A DNA stretch of 64,000 nucleotides from a virus: IMG/VR virus record IMGVR_UViG_3300028920_000004, positions 31,765 to 95,764 of that record; one strand, 5' to 3'. The number at the start of each line of letters is the position of its first letter. Position 1 is the first letter of the stretch. The translations under genes and the position numbers were made by a program. The notes under the pieces were generated by a model that did no database searches, had not been told where the DNA came from, and saw nothing but the letters and a program-made list of their open reading frames with translations. This document shows, piece after piece, positions 1 through 9,806 of this stretch.

Positions 1-1
1 T

Positions 2-901
2 CCTATATATCCTTATTACAGTTGTTGTAGTATAAAAGGATATAGGATTCCTTATATATGGGCTAAAACATGGATAAAACAACCTAACAGATTTTCAGGA
101 TTACAAATAAGATTTGAAGAAAGAACATATATCAAAACTTCATCTTCTCCAGATATTCCTACCTTTGTAACCGATGGCAGAAAAAACTTAGAAACTTGGT
201 ATAAACCTGTCCAAAGATACTATCTCTATTATAATACAGGTCAAAGGTATGGACAATATTATGTAGATTCTCAATTATGTAGAAAATCATGTCCTATTAA
301 TGACCGATATTATTCTCCAGGTTTAGGGGAATATGCTGGAGACCGACCAGATATTTGTAAAATATGGACAAATATAGGAACTGGCACTTGTTCTGATTAT
401 GGACTTCCTAATGATGGATATGAATGTAGAGAAGGATTATATTATGTTTATCAATGTGCAGAATATGGCTATGATTGTAGACCTTATTATGATTGGATAG
501 GTGGAGGAGGAGTTACTTATTATGATGATAGAACTCATCCTGATTTAAGAGGAGCCAATAACCAAATTATAACTCCATATCCTCATGGAGGTTCTTGGTA
601 TCTACAAAATCCTTTAGATGCTGTAGATTTATGTGCTGTATGTTCTTCAGGAAGTCAAAGCGATAAATCAGGAGTAGATAATGAAGACATAGAAGAAATT
701 TGGGTTAGAGCTTATATTGTAGATAGTAAGGGAAATGAAATTACATTTGATAAAACTTTAGGAGCCAGCGAAGGAATTCAAAATGCAGAATTTGCGTATG
801 ACCAAGTAATTAATATTTTAAGAACTATCCATGAAAAAATAGAATCAGATGGAGATTTTACTTATAATCTATATTATTATGGTGGTCGAGGAACTGCTTA
901 A
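2..901 (+). CDS. 3' part of a Cys/Tyr/Gly-rich protein, probably virion structural; 5'-truncated by the window edge
   Basis: Frame starting at base 2 is open for 299 codons (PIYPYYSCCSIKGYRIPYIW...YNLYYYGGRGTA*), stop TAA at 899-901. Missing from the ORF track because it has no start in the window. Confidence 0.8.
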   Translation, partial: PIYPYYSCCSIKGYRIPYIWAKTWIKQPNRFSGLQIRFEERTYIKTSSSPDIPTFVTDGRKNLETWYKPVQRYYLYYNTGQRYGQYYVDSQLCRKSCPINDRYYSPGLGEYAGDRPDICKIWTNIGTGTCSDYGLPNDGYECREGLYYVYQCAEYGYDCRPYYDWIGGGGVTYYDDRTHPDLRGANNQIITPYPHGGSWYLQNPLDAVDLCAVCSSGSQSDKSGVDNEDIEEIWVRAYIVDSKGNEITFDKTLGASEGIQNAEFAYDQVINILRTIHEKIESDGDFTYNLYYYGGRGTA

Positions 902-1640
902 AATAATCACCTTTTTTTAAAGCTTTACATTTAATAGTTTTTTTTATTATTTCTTTTCTTAATCTTTTTTGATTATATTTAGAATTGGACAATCGTTTAA
1001 AAAATTCTTCATAACTTATATTAGGAAACAAAGTTAAATTACTATCTCCTACCACTATAATCTTACATTTTTCTTCATTCTGAAAATATCCAAAATCTAT
1101 CATTTGTTTATTAGGACTATTATAATAGGCATCTTTGCCTATTCCTCTATGATTAATTTCTCCTTGATAATAATGAGTTAAATTCCTATTAAATTTCTTT
1201 TTATTTTTATTCTTTTTTAATTTGCCATAATCATACCCTAATAAATAAATATTGCCTTTATCTATCAAATAAATAGCTAAAGAAAGTGTAAAAACTCCTG
1301 CCAAATTTTTTCTATATACTCCATCTCTTAAATCTCTATTATAATGACCACTAGCATACAATCTTAAAGTATTTGGATAAGGAACTTCATCTTTACTTCT
1401 ATATGTTCCAATTAATAAAGGCAAAGAATCAATTTTATCATATTCGTGTTCATAAAATCCTTGATTGCTTTGTTTTGTTGGGTTATAATCTACATAAGAA
1501 GTAAAAGTAGAATCAAAATGTTTATAAGCATAATTTATAGTAATAACAAATTTATCTTTAATCTTATCTTTTAATCCTTGGCTTAATCCATCTTTAATAG
1601 AATAACCCCCTCCAATTATAATTACTTCATTGGGTATCAT
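858..1640 (-). CDS. Maf/DUF115-like (sialyltransferase-like Rossmann) putative glycosyltransferase
   Basis: N-terminal VIIIGGGYS...ITINYAY and later IYLLGYD...HYY motifs; adjacent to kdsA. Confidence 0.55.
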   Translation of the reverse strand: MIPNEVIIIGGGYSIKDGLSQGLKDKIKDKFVITINYAYKHFDSTFTSYVDYNPTKQSNQGFYEHEYDKIDSLPLLIGTYRSKDEVPYPNTLRLYASGHYNRDLRDGVYRKNLAGVFTLSLAIYLIDKGNIYLLGYDYGKLKKNKNKKKFNRNLTHYYQGEINHRGIGKDAYYNSPNKQMIDFGYFQNEEKCKIIVVGDSNLTLFPNISYEEFFKRLSNSKYNQKRLRKEIIKKTIKCKALKKGDYFKQFLDHHNNIDYK

Positions 1641-2419
1641 ATTTTACTCCAAGCTTCACTTATGATTTTTATAATATTTTCCATATCATCTAAAGGTAAT
1701 TGCGTAGCACTATCAGATATTGCTTTATCTGGTTCGGGATGAACTTCAATAAATATTCCGTCAACATATCCAGTAGCTATTGCTCCTTTTATCATAGGAA
1801 TTACAAATTCTCTATTTCCTCCTGATTTTCCTCCTTTAGATGGAATTTGTTGGCTATGTGTAGCATCGAAAATAATAGGATAATTTCCAAATTTTTTCAT
1901 AATCATAAAAGACCTAAAATCTACTATAAGGTTATTATATCCAAAACAAGTACCCCTTTCCGTTATCATAATATTCTTATTTCCAGTAGCTTCTACCTTC
2001 TCTATGACATATTTTATATCCCAAGGAGAAAGAAATTGACCCTTTTTTATGTTGACTTTTCGAGCATATCTTCCAATAGTGTGAATTAAGTCTGTTTGTC
2101 GGCACAAAAAGGCTGGAATTTGGACAATATCAGCTATTAGAGCTACTTTTTTGGCCTCTTCGACTGTATGGGTATCTGTTAAAATCTTAATGCCTTGTGC
2201 CTTGATTCTGCTTAAAATTCCTAATCCAGTTTCTAATCCTACTCCTCTAAGTGAATTATTAGAGGTTCTATTAGCTTTATCATAGGAAGCTTTAAATATG
2301 AACTCTATATTATCATATTTATCGGTAATTTCTTTAAGCTTTTCTGCGGTTTTTCGTGTGGTGGTTTCATCTTCGATGGCACAATTACCAGCAATTAGAA
2401 TAAGTTTTTTATTTTTCAT
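1637..2419 (-). CDS. kdsA: 3-deoxy-D-manno-octulosonate 8-phosphate (KDO8P) synthase
   Basis: IAGNCAIE, FKASYDKANRTS, QIPAFLCRQTDL, NIKKGQFL, ERG, FDATHS, FIEVHPEPDKAISD motifs. Confidence 0.97.
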   Translation of the reverse strand: MKNKKLILIAGNCAIEDETTTRKTAEKLKEITDKYDNIEFIFKASYDKANRTSNNSLRGVGLETGLGILSRIKAQGIKILTDTHTVEEAKKVALIADIVQIPAFLCRQTDLIHTIGRYARKVNIKKGQFLSPWDIKYVIEKVEATGNKNIMITERGTCFGYNNLIVDFRSFMIMKKFGNYPIIFDATHSQQIPSKGGKSGGNREFVIPMIKGAIATGYVDGIFIEVHPEPDKAISDSATQLPLDDMENIIKIISEAWSKI

Positions 2420-2429
2420 TTGCTATCCT

Positions 2430-2831
2430 TTATAATTCTAACATTCCTTTCTTCTTCATTTCTGGTTCAGTATATTCTTTCCCTTTTATAACTTTCCCTC
2501 CTATAGATTCTCTATTAATATCATTAGGGTCTATTTTACCCTTTTCTACAAAGGCTAGTTCTACCATTATACTATCTTTTACCGCAAAAAATCTATGTTT
2601 GACTGGAGGACGGACTTCAAATATATCTCCTGGTTTTAAAACTTTTGACCCTCTTTCCGTTTCTATTCTTACCGCACCTTTAATAACTGCAAAACGATTT
2701 ATTTTTTTACTATGGGTATGGGTCGAACAAAAATAATTTTTCTTAACATTTAGTAGGTCTATCTCTGAAGTTCTGGTAAGAAGCAATCTTTGTCTAGTTC
2801 CCCAAATTTTGAATACGCTACTATCGTCCAT
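2430..2831 (-). CDS. Cupin-domain protein (sugar isomerase-like)
   Basis: KIWG...CSTHTHSKK...PPVKHRF two-motif cupin signature. Confidence 0.75.
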   Translation of the reverse strand: MDDSSVFKIWGTRQRLLLTRTSEIDLLNVKKNYFCSTHTHSKKINRFAVIKGAVRIETERGSKVLKPGDIFEVRPPVKHRFFAVKDSIMVELAFVEKGKIDPNDINRESIGGKVIKGKEYTEPEMKKKGMLEL

Positions 2832-2979
2832 GAATTATTCCTCCTCTGATAATATCTTAGTTCTGTCCTTAATTACTTTTAGAGAATCTTTACCTCTTTT
2901 TCTAACCACATAATCGTAATCTTCTATCTCATCTTCTAATACCTTTTCTCTTTTATCCAAAACTAACATCTTAACATTT

Positions 2980-3948
2980 TTAAGGATTCTCATGAGTTTC
3001 TAATACCCTTTCTGTTTGGTTAATAAAGTTTTTAATATCTTCTAATTTAATCGCTACTGCAAGAGAAGGATATTTTTCTACATCTTGAAAAATAAATCCT
3101 TCTACATTATATATAATACCTACAACCACTCCTACTATTTGTCCTTGTCTATTTACTACCATTCCTCCAGAATTACCAGGAAAGGTTGGAGCACTTATAA
3201 GCATGTAATAGTTATAACTATCATTATATTTTCTTTTTATATAATTTGATACTATTCCTCGTTGTATGGTATAATGGAAACAATAAGGATGCCCTACAGT
3301 ATATATTTCAGACCCTTTAGCTGGTATTTTTTTAGATATATTAATAGCTGATACCTTTTGAATAGGTTTTTTTAGTCTTATAATAGATAAATCTAAATTA
3401 TCAGCTTTAAAAATATTAGAATTTTCTATTTCAAAAAATTCTTGAATATCGTCATTTAAATTTACCACTACTCTATATTTATCAGAATTTTTAACCACAT
3501 GTTTTGCGGTTAAAATCCATATATAATTTTCATCTATTTGATATATTGTTCCTGTACCTCCTACTTTTCCGCATATAATTTCTACTGTAGCTTTTTGTAA
3601 ATCTATAAAACTTGGAGTTTTTACATACTCATCTATTATGTTGTCATATATTATCTGTTGTATGCTTACTTCATTTAACATCTCTCTATTAGTAGATATT
3701 AAACTATCTACTATCTTTATCTTTTTATTTATTTTTTGAAAATTATTATCAGATTTTTCATCTACATTTTTAATCTTCTTCTTTTCTTTGACTAAATGAT
3801 TTTCCATCATCCTTATCCTATCACCTAAATGCTTATTAATATTTGTTACATTTTCTATAAATATTCCTCCCATAATTAAAACCCCTACCAAAATTCCTAT
3901 AAATCCTACTATTACCAATTTCTTCATTTTACTCTCACTTCCTTTCAT
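2980..3948 (-). CDS. Trypsin-like serine protease with N-terminal membrane anchor and coiled coil
   Basis: Catalytic triad LTAKHVV / DLSII / PGNSGG; hydrophobic N-terminus LVIVGFIGILVGVLIMGGIFI. Confidence 0.9.
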   Translation of the reverse strand: MKGSESKMKKLVIVGFIGILVGVLIMGGIFIENVTNINKHLGDRIRMMENHLVKEKKKIKNVDEKSDNNFQKINKKIKIVDSLISTNREMLNEVSIQQIIYDNIIDEYVKTPSFIDLQKATVEIICGKVGGTGTIYQIDENYIWILTAKHVVKNSDKYRVVVNLNDDIQEFFEIENSNIFKADNLDLSIIRLKKPIQKVSAINISKKIPAKGSEIYTVGHPYCFHYTIQRGIVSNYIKRKYNDSYNYYMLISAPTFPGNSGGMVVNRQGQIVGVVVGIIYNVEGFIFQDVEKYPSLAVAIKLEDIKNFINQTERVLETHENP

Positions 3949-4442
3949 ATTTTAAGCCAATCCCAATTCCTAAAATATTCTTTAAGAAAAGTATTGACAT
4001 TTTTATGGTAATTATTATCTGAAATCAAAAAATCAGTATCAAAAAAATGCCACTGTTGTTTATACCAAAATACACAAATACAATGCCCTCCTTGATTATC
4101 ATTGTGCATTAAATATAAATCGCTTGGAATATTAAGTTCTTGTAATAATGCTTTAGATAAAATAGCAAAATCTTCACAGTCTCCATATTTAAATTCTATA
4201 GTTTCTAAAGGAGTTTGCCAAAAATCATATTTATAGACTAAACTTTCGGATTTATATGTTATATTGGTTATTAACCATATTTTTATATCTTCAGGTGTTT
4301 TGATATTATTTTCAGATATAATATGTTGTATTTTATATCTATTTCCAGATTCAAAATATTTTATTACTTTGTCATAATGAGGATTATTAGATAATAACAT
4401 AATCATCATATATGCCAAAAGTATTTTATTATAAAATTTCAT
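3945..4442 (-). CDS. Transglutaminase-like cysteine protease (BTLCP-like)
   Basis: DFWQTPLET...GDCEDFAI...GHCICV...FFD; signal-like N-terminus. Confidence 0.85.
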   Translation of the reverse strand: MKFYNKILLAYMMIMLLSNNPHYDKVIKYFESGNRYKIQHIISENNIKTPEDIKIWLITNITYKSESLVYKYDFWQTPLETIEFKYGDCEDFAILSKALLQELNIPSDLYLMHNDNQGGHCICVFWYKQQWHFFDTDFLISDNNYHKNVNTFLKEYFRNWDWLKI

Positions 4443-4443
4443 A

Positions 4444-5319
4444 CTAATCCCCCATAACTTTCCTTAATCTTTTATTTGTTTTCTTCATTTTACAGTTCCA
4501 ATAATTAGTAAAAACTTTTTTCATATCTCTAGTAGCCACTACTAATTGTTTCAAATTATATTTATCTTTAGCCAATGTTTTAAATTTTTTTAACCCTCTT
4601 TTTCTATATTTTTCATATTCTTTTGGTTTATATTCTATATATTTACCAGAAATATCAATATTATAAAAAGATTTCCAATTTTTATTTTTAACTCTATATG
4701 CCCAATCTATATGTTCAGCCAATTTTAAATTTTCATCCCATTTAATATCTATAAGCATTTTAGTTTTTGCTATAAAAAAATTTCTATGAATGTCTACTGG
4801 TTGGAACATATTTCCTTCAAATATTAGATAAGGTCTTTTTGGACAATCCAATTTAAAATGTTTATTTGGGATTAATTCAATATCTCCTTCCCAAGGTACT
4901 CTTCCATTTATATCGAATCCGATAGTACCATATTTTTCATTACTATCTAAAAATCTTATAATATTATTAATATCATATTTATCAGTAAACAATAAAGAAT
5001 CTGCACTTATCCAACAATATTCATATCCTTTTTCTTTAGCTTTTTTAACTAAAAAGTTTCTAGCATAACTTAATCCACAATCAAAAGGTAAATTATAATA
5101 AGTTATACCATCTCTAAGTTGTCCGTACCCATAATCTGTAATATTCATACCAAAATTAGAAAATCCTTGTAATTTATCATTATCAGTTTTATAACTTTGA
5201 TTTCCTACAAAGATATGATAATTCGGATTCCAATTATCTAATATAGATTGGACAGATTTAATTAATAAGTCTTCTCTCAAAAATGTAGTTATAATTATCG
5301 CTGTTTTATTTTTTGTCAT
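4444..5319 (-). CDS. Glycosyltransferase family 2
   Basis: IIITTFLR, PFDCGLSYARNFL, WDENLKLAEHID. Confidence 0.8.
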   Translation of the reverse strand: MTKNKTAIIITTFLREDLLIKSVQSILDNWNPNYHIFVGNQSYKTDNDKLQGFSNFGMNITDYGYGQLRDGITYYNLPFDCGLSYARNFLVKKAKEKGYEYCWISADSLLFTDKYDINNIIRFLDSNEKYGTIGFDINGRVPWEGDIELIPNKHFKLDCPKRPYLIFEGNMFQPVDIHRNFFIAKTKMLIDIKWDENLKLAEHIDWAYRVKNKNWKSFYNIDISGKYIEYKPKEYEKYRKRGLKKFKTLAKDKYNLKQLVVATRDMKKVFTNYWNCKMKKTNKRLRKVMGD

Positions 5320-5734
5320 AATAAACCTCTAAAATAGTCCTATATACTAACATATTAGGTAAATAATTATTAAAAATTTCAGCATCTTCTCCGTTAAATA
5401 TTTTACTTAATGCTCCTGCTACTCCTGCACTCCTACTTATACCTGCTTCACATTGACAAATAACTAAATTAATATTATTCTTATATTTGTTTATAAAATT
5501 AAGAATATTTTTAGCATCTTCTTGTGTGAATAATTTTACTTTTATGTCAGAATTAGGCATATGTAAACCATCTAAATCATGAAAATCTAACCAAAGTATA
5601 TCTAAACAATTTGCTTGTGAGGCTATCTTTCCTAATTCTATAGGATATTTTGGACTTCTTATAGAAATTATTATATGAGGTTTATTTTCTTGATAATTTT
5701 TTATTTCTCTTTCACTCATTACTAAAAATTTCAT
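5306..5734 (-). CDS. Protein-tyrosine/dual-specificity phosphatase-like protein
   Basis: CX5R P-loop CEAGISRS, upstream FHD, C-terminal PNMLVY. Confidence 0.85.
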   Translation of the reverse strand: MKFLVMSEREIKNYQENKPHIIISIRSPKYPIELGKIASQANCLDILWLDFHDLDGLHMPNSDIKVKLFTQEDAKNILNFINKYKNNINLVICQCEAGISRSAGVAGALSKIFNGEDAEIFNNYLPNMLVYRTILEVYYDKK

Positions 5735-5743
5735 AATATTTCC

Positions 5744-5941
5744 TTAATATTGTATAGGGCTTCGAGCCAATTCTTTTATATCTTTTTTTCTACAATGTGG
5801 ACATCTTACTTTCCCTGTTTTTCCATTAGGTCTTGACCATCTTCCATTTTCTAATAAAATAGTTCCTGTTTTAAAAAGTCTAGTAAATTCTTTATTACAA
5901 TTATTACACCTATACTTAACTAAAAATTTTTTATTTTTCAT
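5744..5941 (-). CDS. Small zinc-ribbon protein
   Basis: CNNC...CPHC. Confidence 0.65.
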   Translation of the reverse strand: MKNKKFLVKYRCNNCNKEFTRLFKTGTILLENGRWSRPNGKTGKVRCPHCRKKDIKELARSPIQY

Positions 5942-5944
5942 AGT

Positions 5945-6523
5945 TTACTCCTTATATCCATATTTTATTGCCATTCCTCTTATCATATCTGTAAAAACTG
6001 GACTAATTTTATATAAATCTTCCCAAATTAATTTTCTATGGATTCTCATATTAGCCCTACTTACTATTGGTCTTTTTTTATTTTTTATTCCTAATTCTTT
6101 GCACCATTTATTCCATACTTTAGGAAGTTCTTCTATCTTATATCTCCAAGAAGCTTTAGATTCTATAACCAAATTCCAACAATACCATGACCGCATACAA
6201 TTATAAATACTTTGATTTCTATGTTTTAAAGGGTCATCAAAAGGCACATATTTATTTATATATTCAAAACTTTGATTCCAAAGAGTAGTAGAAGAAGCAA
6301 TAACATTTAAAGGATGTCTTACTTGATGAATTATTTTATCAAAATTGCATTTAATAATATTCTCAGGGGAAGGTTTAGGAAACTCTCCATCCACACAATG
6401 CTTCCAAGAAACTGTATATTTATGCCCACTTCTTTCAAACATTGAATCTTCTCCTAAAGCTCTAAGAAGTTTATAAGTATACATAGTGGCTGACCTAGGA
6501 TGTCCTGTAATAAGATATTTCAT
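5945..6523 (-). CDS. Sulfotransferase-fold protein
   Basis: 5'-PSB loop ITGHPRSATMY and 3'-PB motif HQVRHPLNVIAS. Confidence 0.75.
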   Translation of the reverse strand: MKYLITGHPRSATMYTYKLLRALGEDSMFERSGHKYTVSWKHCVDGEFPKPSPENIIKCNFDKIIHQVRHPLNVIASSTTLWNQSFEYINKYVPFDDPLKHRNQSIYNCMRSWYCWNLVIESKASWRYKIEELPKVWNKWCKELGIKNKKRPIVSRANMRIHRKLIWEDLYKISPVFTDMIRGMAIKYGYKE

Positions 6524-6957
6524 TATTTCCCTTCCTTGTTTATTTTCATTATACGTTCCACTTCTTCAATTAATTCTTCTGCACTTCTATAATTATGTTT
6601 ATAATGAAAATTAATAGCTTTATCATCAAATATAATATCAAAATAAGGTTTAAATCTACTATCACATAAATTAGGGTCTCTTGGAGGTTGTCTATTTATA
6701 GCATGATATTTAAAATTATTATCTTTTAACCATTTTTTTAATTTAGGAGTACACATCCTACCAGTAAAAAGACCTATCCAATATCCTTTATCATAATAAT
6801 GCTTCATAACATTTCTTATAGAAGCTACAGGACTTCCTAATTTATCAAACTCCCAAGGTCTAGTATAAGTAGCTATAACAGAATCAAAGTCAAACATTAG
6901 ATAGCCTTTATATTGTAACATTTTATTCCTCCAAATAGGCTTCCCATTTAGTTCCAA
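6523..6957 (-). CDS. HAD-superfamily hydrolase (capless); true start may be M13 at about 6921
   Basis: FDFDSVI motif I, FTGR motif II, KP..DIIFDDKA motifs III/IV. Confidence 0.75.
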   Translation of the reverse strand: MELNGKPIWRNKMLQYKGYLMFDFDSVIATYTRPWEFDKLGSPVASIRNVMKHYYDKGYWIGLFTGRMCTPKLKKWLKDNNFKYHAINRQPPRDPNLCDSRFKPYFDIIFDDKAINFHYKHNYRSAEELIEEVERIMKINKEGK

Positions 6958-7594
6958 TTAATTTTTTCTTGATATAATTATAATTAATTATTAGTTTTTC
7001 TAAAGATTCTTTATTTTGTTTTTTAGTTACTGGTTTTAAATTTCTAACTTTAACTCCTAAAAATTTTTGTATCTTTTTTAATTCTTTGCTTAAATCTTTA
7101 CATAAATCTTCGTAATAAACTGTAATTATAGGATTATCTTTGAAATAATTATCTCCCCATTCTTCATTATTCTTTATTCCATTAATACGTTGAGCTAAAT
7201 CTATATAATCTACTTTTATCATTTTTTTGTTAAGAGAGGTTCTTTTTCTACCTCTTATTAATCTCCACCAACCAGTTTTACACGCAATAAGATGAGATAC
7301 TACTGTTCTTAATTTATTTTGTCTTTTAAGATGTATAACTGAAATATTTTTACTTTTGCACCATTTCCAAAAATCTGCATTTGCATGGTTATAAAATATT
7401 TTAACACCTGTTACTTTATAACGTAAATTTCCCCATATTCTTTTTTTCTCAGAAGCTATAGTTCTATTTCGTCTTTTTAATTTTTTATGGTCAAAGGTTT
7501 CATTATAACACCTTATATCAGAATGTTTATTTAAAGCTGATTGTATTATAGTAGAACCTGTTCTTTCTCTTGCTAATATAATAAATTTCTTCAT
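6923..7594 (-). CDS. Stf0-like sulfotransferase
   Basis: FIILARERTGST, HLKRQNKLRTVVS, VYYEDL, TKKQ..I.NY. Confidence 0.85.
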   Translation of the reverse strand: MKKFIILARERTGSTIIQSALNKHSDIRCYNETFDHKKLKRRNRTIASEKKRIWGNLRYKVTGVKIFYNHANADFWKWCKSKNISVIHLKRQNKLRTVVSHLIACKTGWWRLIRGRKRTSLNKKMIKVDYIDLAQRINGIKNNEEWGDNYFKDNPIITVYYEDLCKDLSKELKKIQKFLGVKVRNLKPVTKKQNKESLEKLIINYNYIKKKLIGTKWEAYLEE

Positions 7595-8769
7595 TATTTA
7601 TCCCTTTTTATTATAGTTAGAACATCTTCATATCCTTGTTTTAATAAATAATCTACTACAGGAAAAGATACTAATACCTCTAAATGGTTCTTATTAAAAA
7701 TTTTAGTATTTTCTGGCATATTTTTATATGAAATATTTTCTCCTATTTTTTCTTTAGAATATTTTGGATTATCAACTGCTACTTCTAAACGAGGGGTTTC
7801 TAAATCTCCATATACCACCCATCTATGACAAGTTTCTCCTAATAAGCAAATATATTTATTATATTTTTGTAACTCTTTAATCAACATTAAATTCTTTTTT
7901 GTGTAAACTGCTTTTTGAATAGTATCATCTTTTGAGGTTTCTATTTCAATTTTAAAATTTTTAGATTTAAGTTCTCTGAATTTATGCTCTGATACTTTAT
8001 GTAAATCTTTTAAAGTTTTTAACCCCATTTTTTCAAGATAAATTTTCCAGCTATCTCTTTTATTATCTGTTCTGGTTTTGGCATATTTACTAGTATCATC
8101 TTTCATTTGATGATTAACTACTACTGAGGGCACATAAGTAACTTTCCATTTAGTTTTCTTTAATCTAAAAAAGAAATCATTATGCTCAACCATTTTTAAC
8201 CTTTCATCCCACATTATATCCTCAAATATTTCTCTTTTGGCTAAAAAGAAATTTAAAGCTAATTGAGAATAATAATATTTAATATATGGATATTCTTTCG
8301 TAGTTTTCCATTCCCGACTTTCTTTATCTATTAAATAAAATTGATGATTAATATTATCTAGGTACATATCATAAGTATGAATATCTCTATTATTAACCCT
8401 ACCTGCTGATATGCCTATATATTTATCTTCATTTAAAACTTGTTTAAGAGTATTCAAATTTGTCTGTTCATAAAAATCAAAATCATTATCTATTATCAAT
8501 ATATAAGGTTCTGTTGATTGTTTGATTAAAAAATTACGAGCAAAAGACAATCCACAATTAAAAGGTAGATTATAAATCTTATGACCTTCTTTTTCTAATT
8601 CTTTAAAAAATCCCATTTCTCTAATATTAAATTTGTCTTGATTACCGACATAAAATCTTATTGTTGTAGGATAATATCTACGAATAGATTTTATTTCTTC
8701 TATGGTTTTATTTATCCTAGTAAAAGAAGGTATTATAACTGCTATATCTGGAATTTTCTTATAATACAT
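7594..8769 (-). CDS. Glycosyltransferase family 2 with C-terminal extension
   Basis: IIPSFTR, PFNCGLSFARNFL, DXD (IIDND), WDERLKMVEHND. Confidence 0.85.
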   Translation of the reverse strand: MYYKKIPDIAVIIPSFTRINKTIEEIKSIRRYYPTTIRFYVGNQDKFNIREMGFFKELEKEGHKIYNLPFNCGLSFARNFLIKQSTEPYILIIDNDFDFYEQTNLNTLKQVLNEDKYIGISAGRVNNRDIHTYDMYLDNINHQFYLIDKESREWKTTKEYPYIKYYYSQLALNFFLAKREIFEDIMWDERLKMVEHNDFFFRLKKTKWKVTYVPSVVVNHQMKDDTSKYAKTRTDNKRDSWKIYLEKMGLKTLKDLHKVSEHKFRELKSKNFKIEIETSKDDTIQKAVYTKKNLMLIKELQKYNKYICLLGETCHRWVVYGDLETPRLEVAVDNPKYSKEKIGENISYKNMPENTKIFNKNHLEVLVSFPVVDYLLKQGYEDVLTIIKRDK

Positions 8770-9806
8770 TAAATTTCCTTTATTATTATTCTATCTTCAT
8801 AAGGATGTTGTAAAACTATTCTCTTAATATCTGTAAATAAATTCCATTTTTTATGTTTTACATTTTTCAAAATACATTCGCTATAGAAATTATATTTTAA
8901 ATAATATAAAAATCTTTTAACTTTGTTCATATCAGGATATTTAGTAAACATATTTATTATAGCTTCTATATCATATATAGATGATACTTTTTGATTTATA
9001 TCTTTGAAATTATAAAAAGCTTCTCCTACTATTACAACTGGTTTTTTCCACATCATAGCTTGTAAACCAATTCCAGAATTAATGGTCAATATTAAATCAG
9101 AATATTCTATCATTGATTTATAATGAAAATTATCTACAATTCTCAAATTTTTAGTTTCTTTGTTAATATGATATTTATCTTCTTTTTCTATTGGATGATT
9201 CTTTACTAAAAATAACCAAGTAGGATATTCTTGTGCCAATTTCTTAATCAATATATTAAAATTAGTAGTATTTTCAATCCAATTACTCCATAAAAGAGTA
9301 ACAGTATCATCATGAACTTGTAAAGGAACAAAAATAATTCTATTATATTTATTTAGATTTATATTTAACATATCACAAAAAAGCCCAAAAGAAGGTCTAT
9401 TATTTTTTTGAGTTTCTAATGAAGTATTGTCTTTTTTAAAATTATCAATATATTGATTTATTTTTTCTTTTTGAACTTCTGTTAAAAGATGATTCCATCT
9501 ACTTTCATCATAAGAAGAACTATCTACCAAAAATCCATTTTTATCCATAAATACAGTATTAGGCAAAGCCCCTCTTTCTATAATATAGACTGGATGATTA
9601 ATTTTTCTAAGATATTCATAAAGTTCAAATTTCCATTTATTTCTGTCAGTAACTAAATATCCATAAGGATTCCATAGAAGAACAGGATTTTCTGGAGAAA
9701 TATTATCACCTGCTCTAAGACTTTTTTTAGAGATATTTAAATGTTTTCTAAGCAATTTTACACAAGGATGATTAAAATCTGGAGTTAAAAATTTAAAAGT
9801 ATTCAT
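8769..9806 (-). CDS. Capsule polysaccharide biosynthesis protein, KpsS/KpsC-like (GT107-type beta-Kdo transferase candidate)
   Basis: IIERG, FVPLQVHDDT, VKNHP, TINSGIGLQA..KPVVIVGEAFY motifs. Confidence 0.8.
   Translation of the reverse strand: MNTFKFLTPDFNHPCVKLLRKHLNISKKSLRAGDNISPENPVLLWNPYGYLVTDRNKWKFELYEYLRKINHPVYIIERGALPNTVFMDKNGFLVDSSSYDESRWNHLLTEVQKEKINQYIDNFKKDNTSLETQKNNRPSFGLFCDMLNINLNKYNRIIFVPLQVHDDTVTLLWSNWIENTTNFNILIKKLAQEYPTWLFLVKNHPIEKEDKYHINKETKNLRIVDNFHYKSMIEYSDLILTINSGIGLQAMMWKKPVVIVGEAFYNFKDINQKVSSIYDIEAIINMFTKYPDMNKVKRFLYYLKYNFYSECILKNVKHKKWNLFTDIKRIVLQHPYEDRIIIKEI

Noticed and set aside
2-901. Possible diversity-generating-retroelement target
   Set aside because: No reverse transcriptase and no adenine-variant template repeat seen in the window
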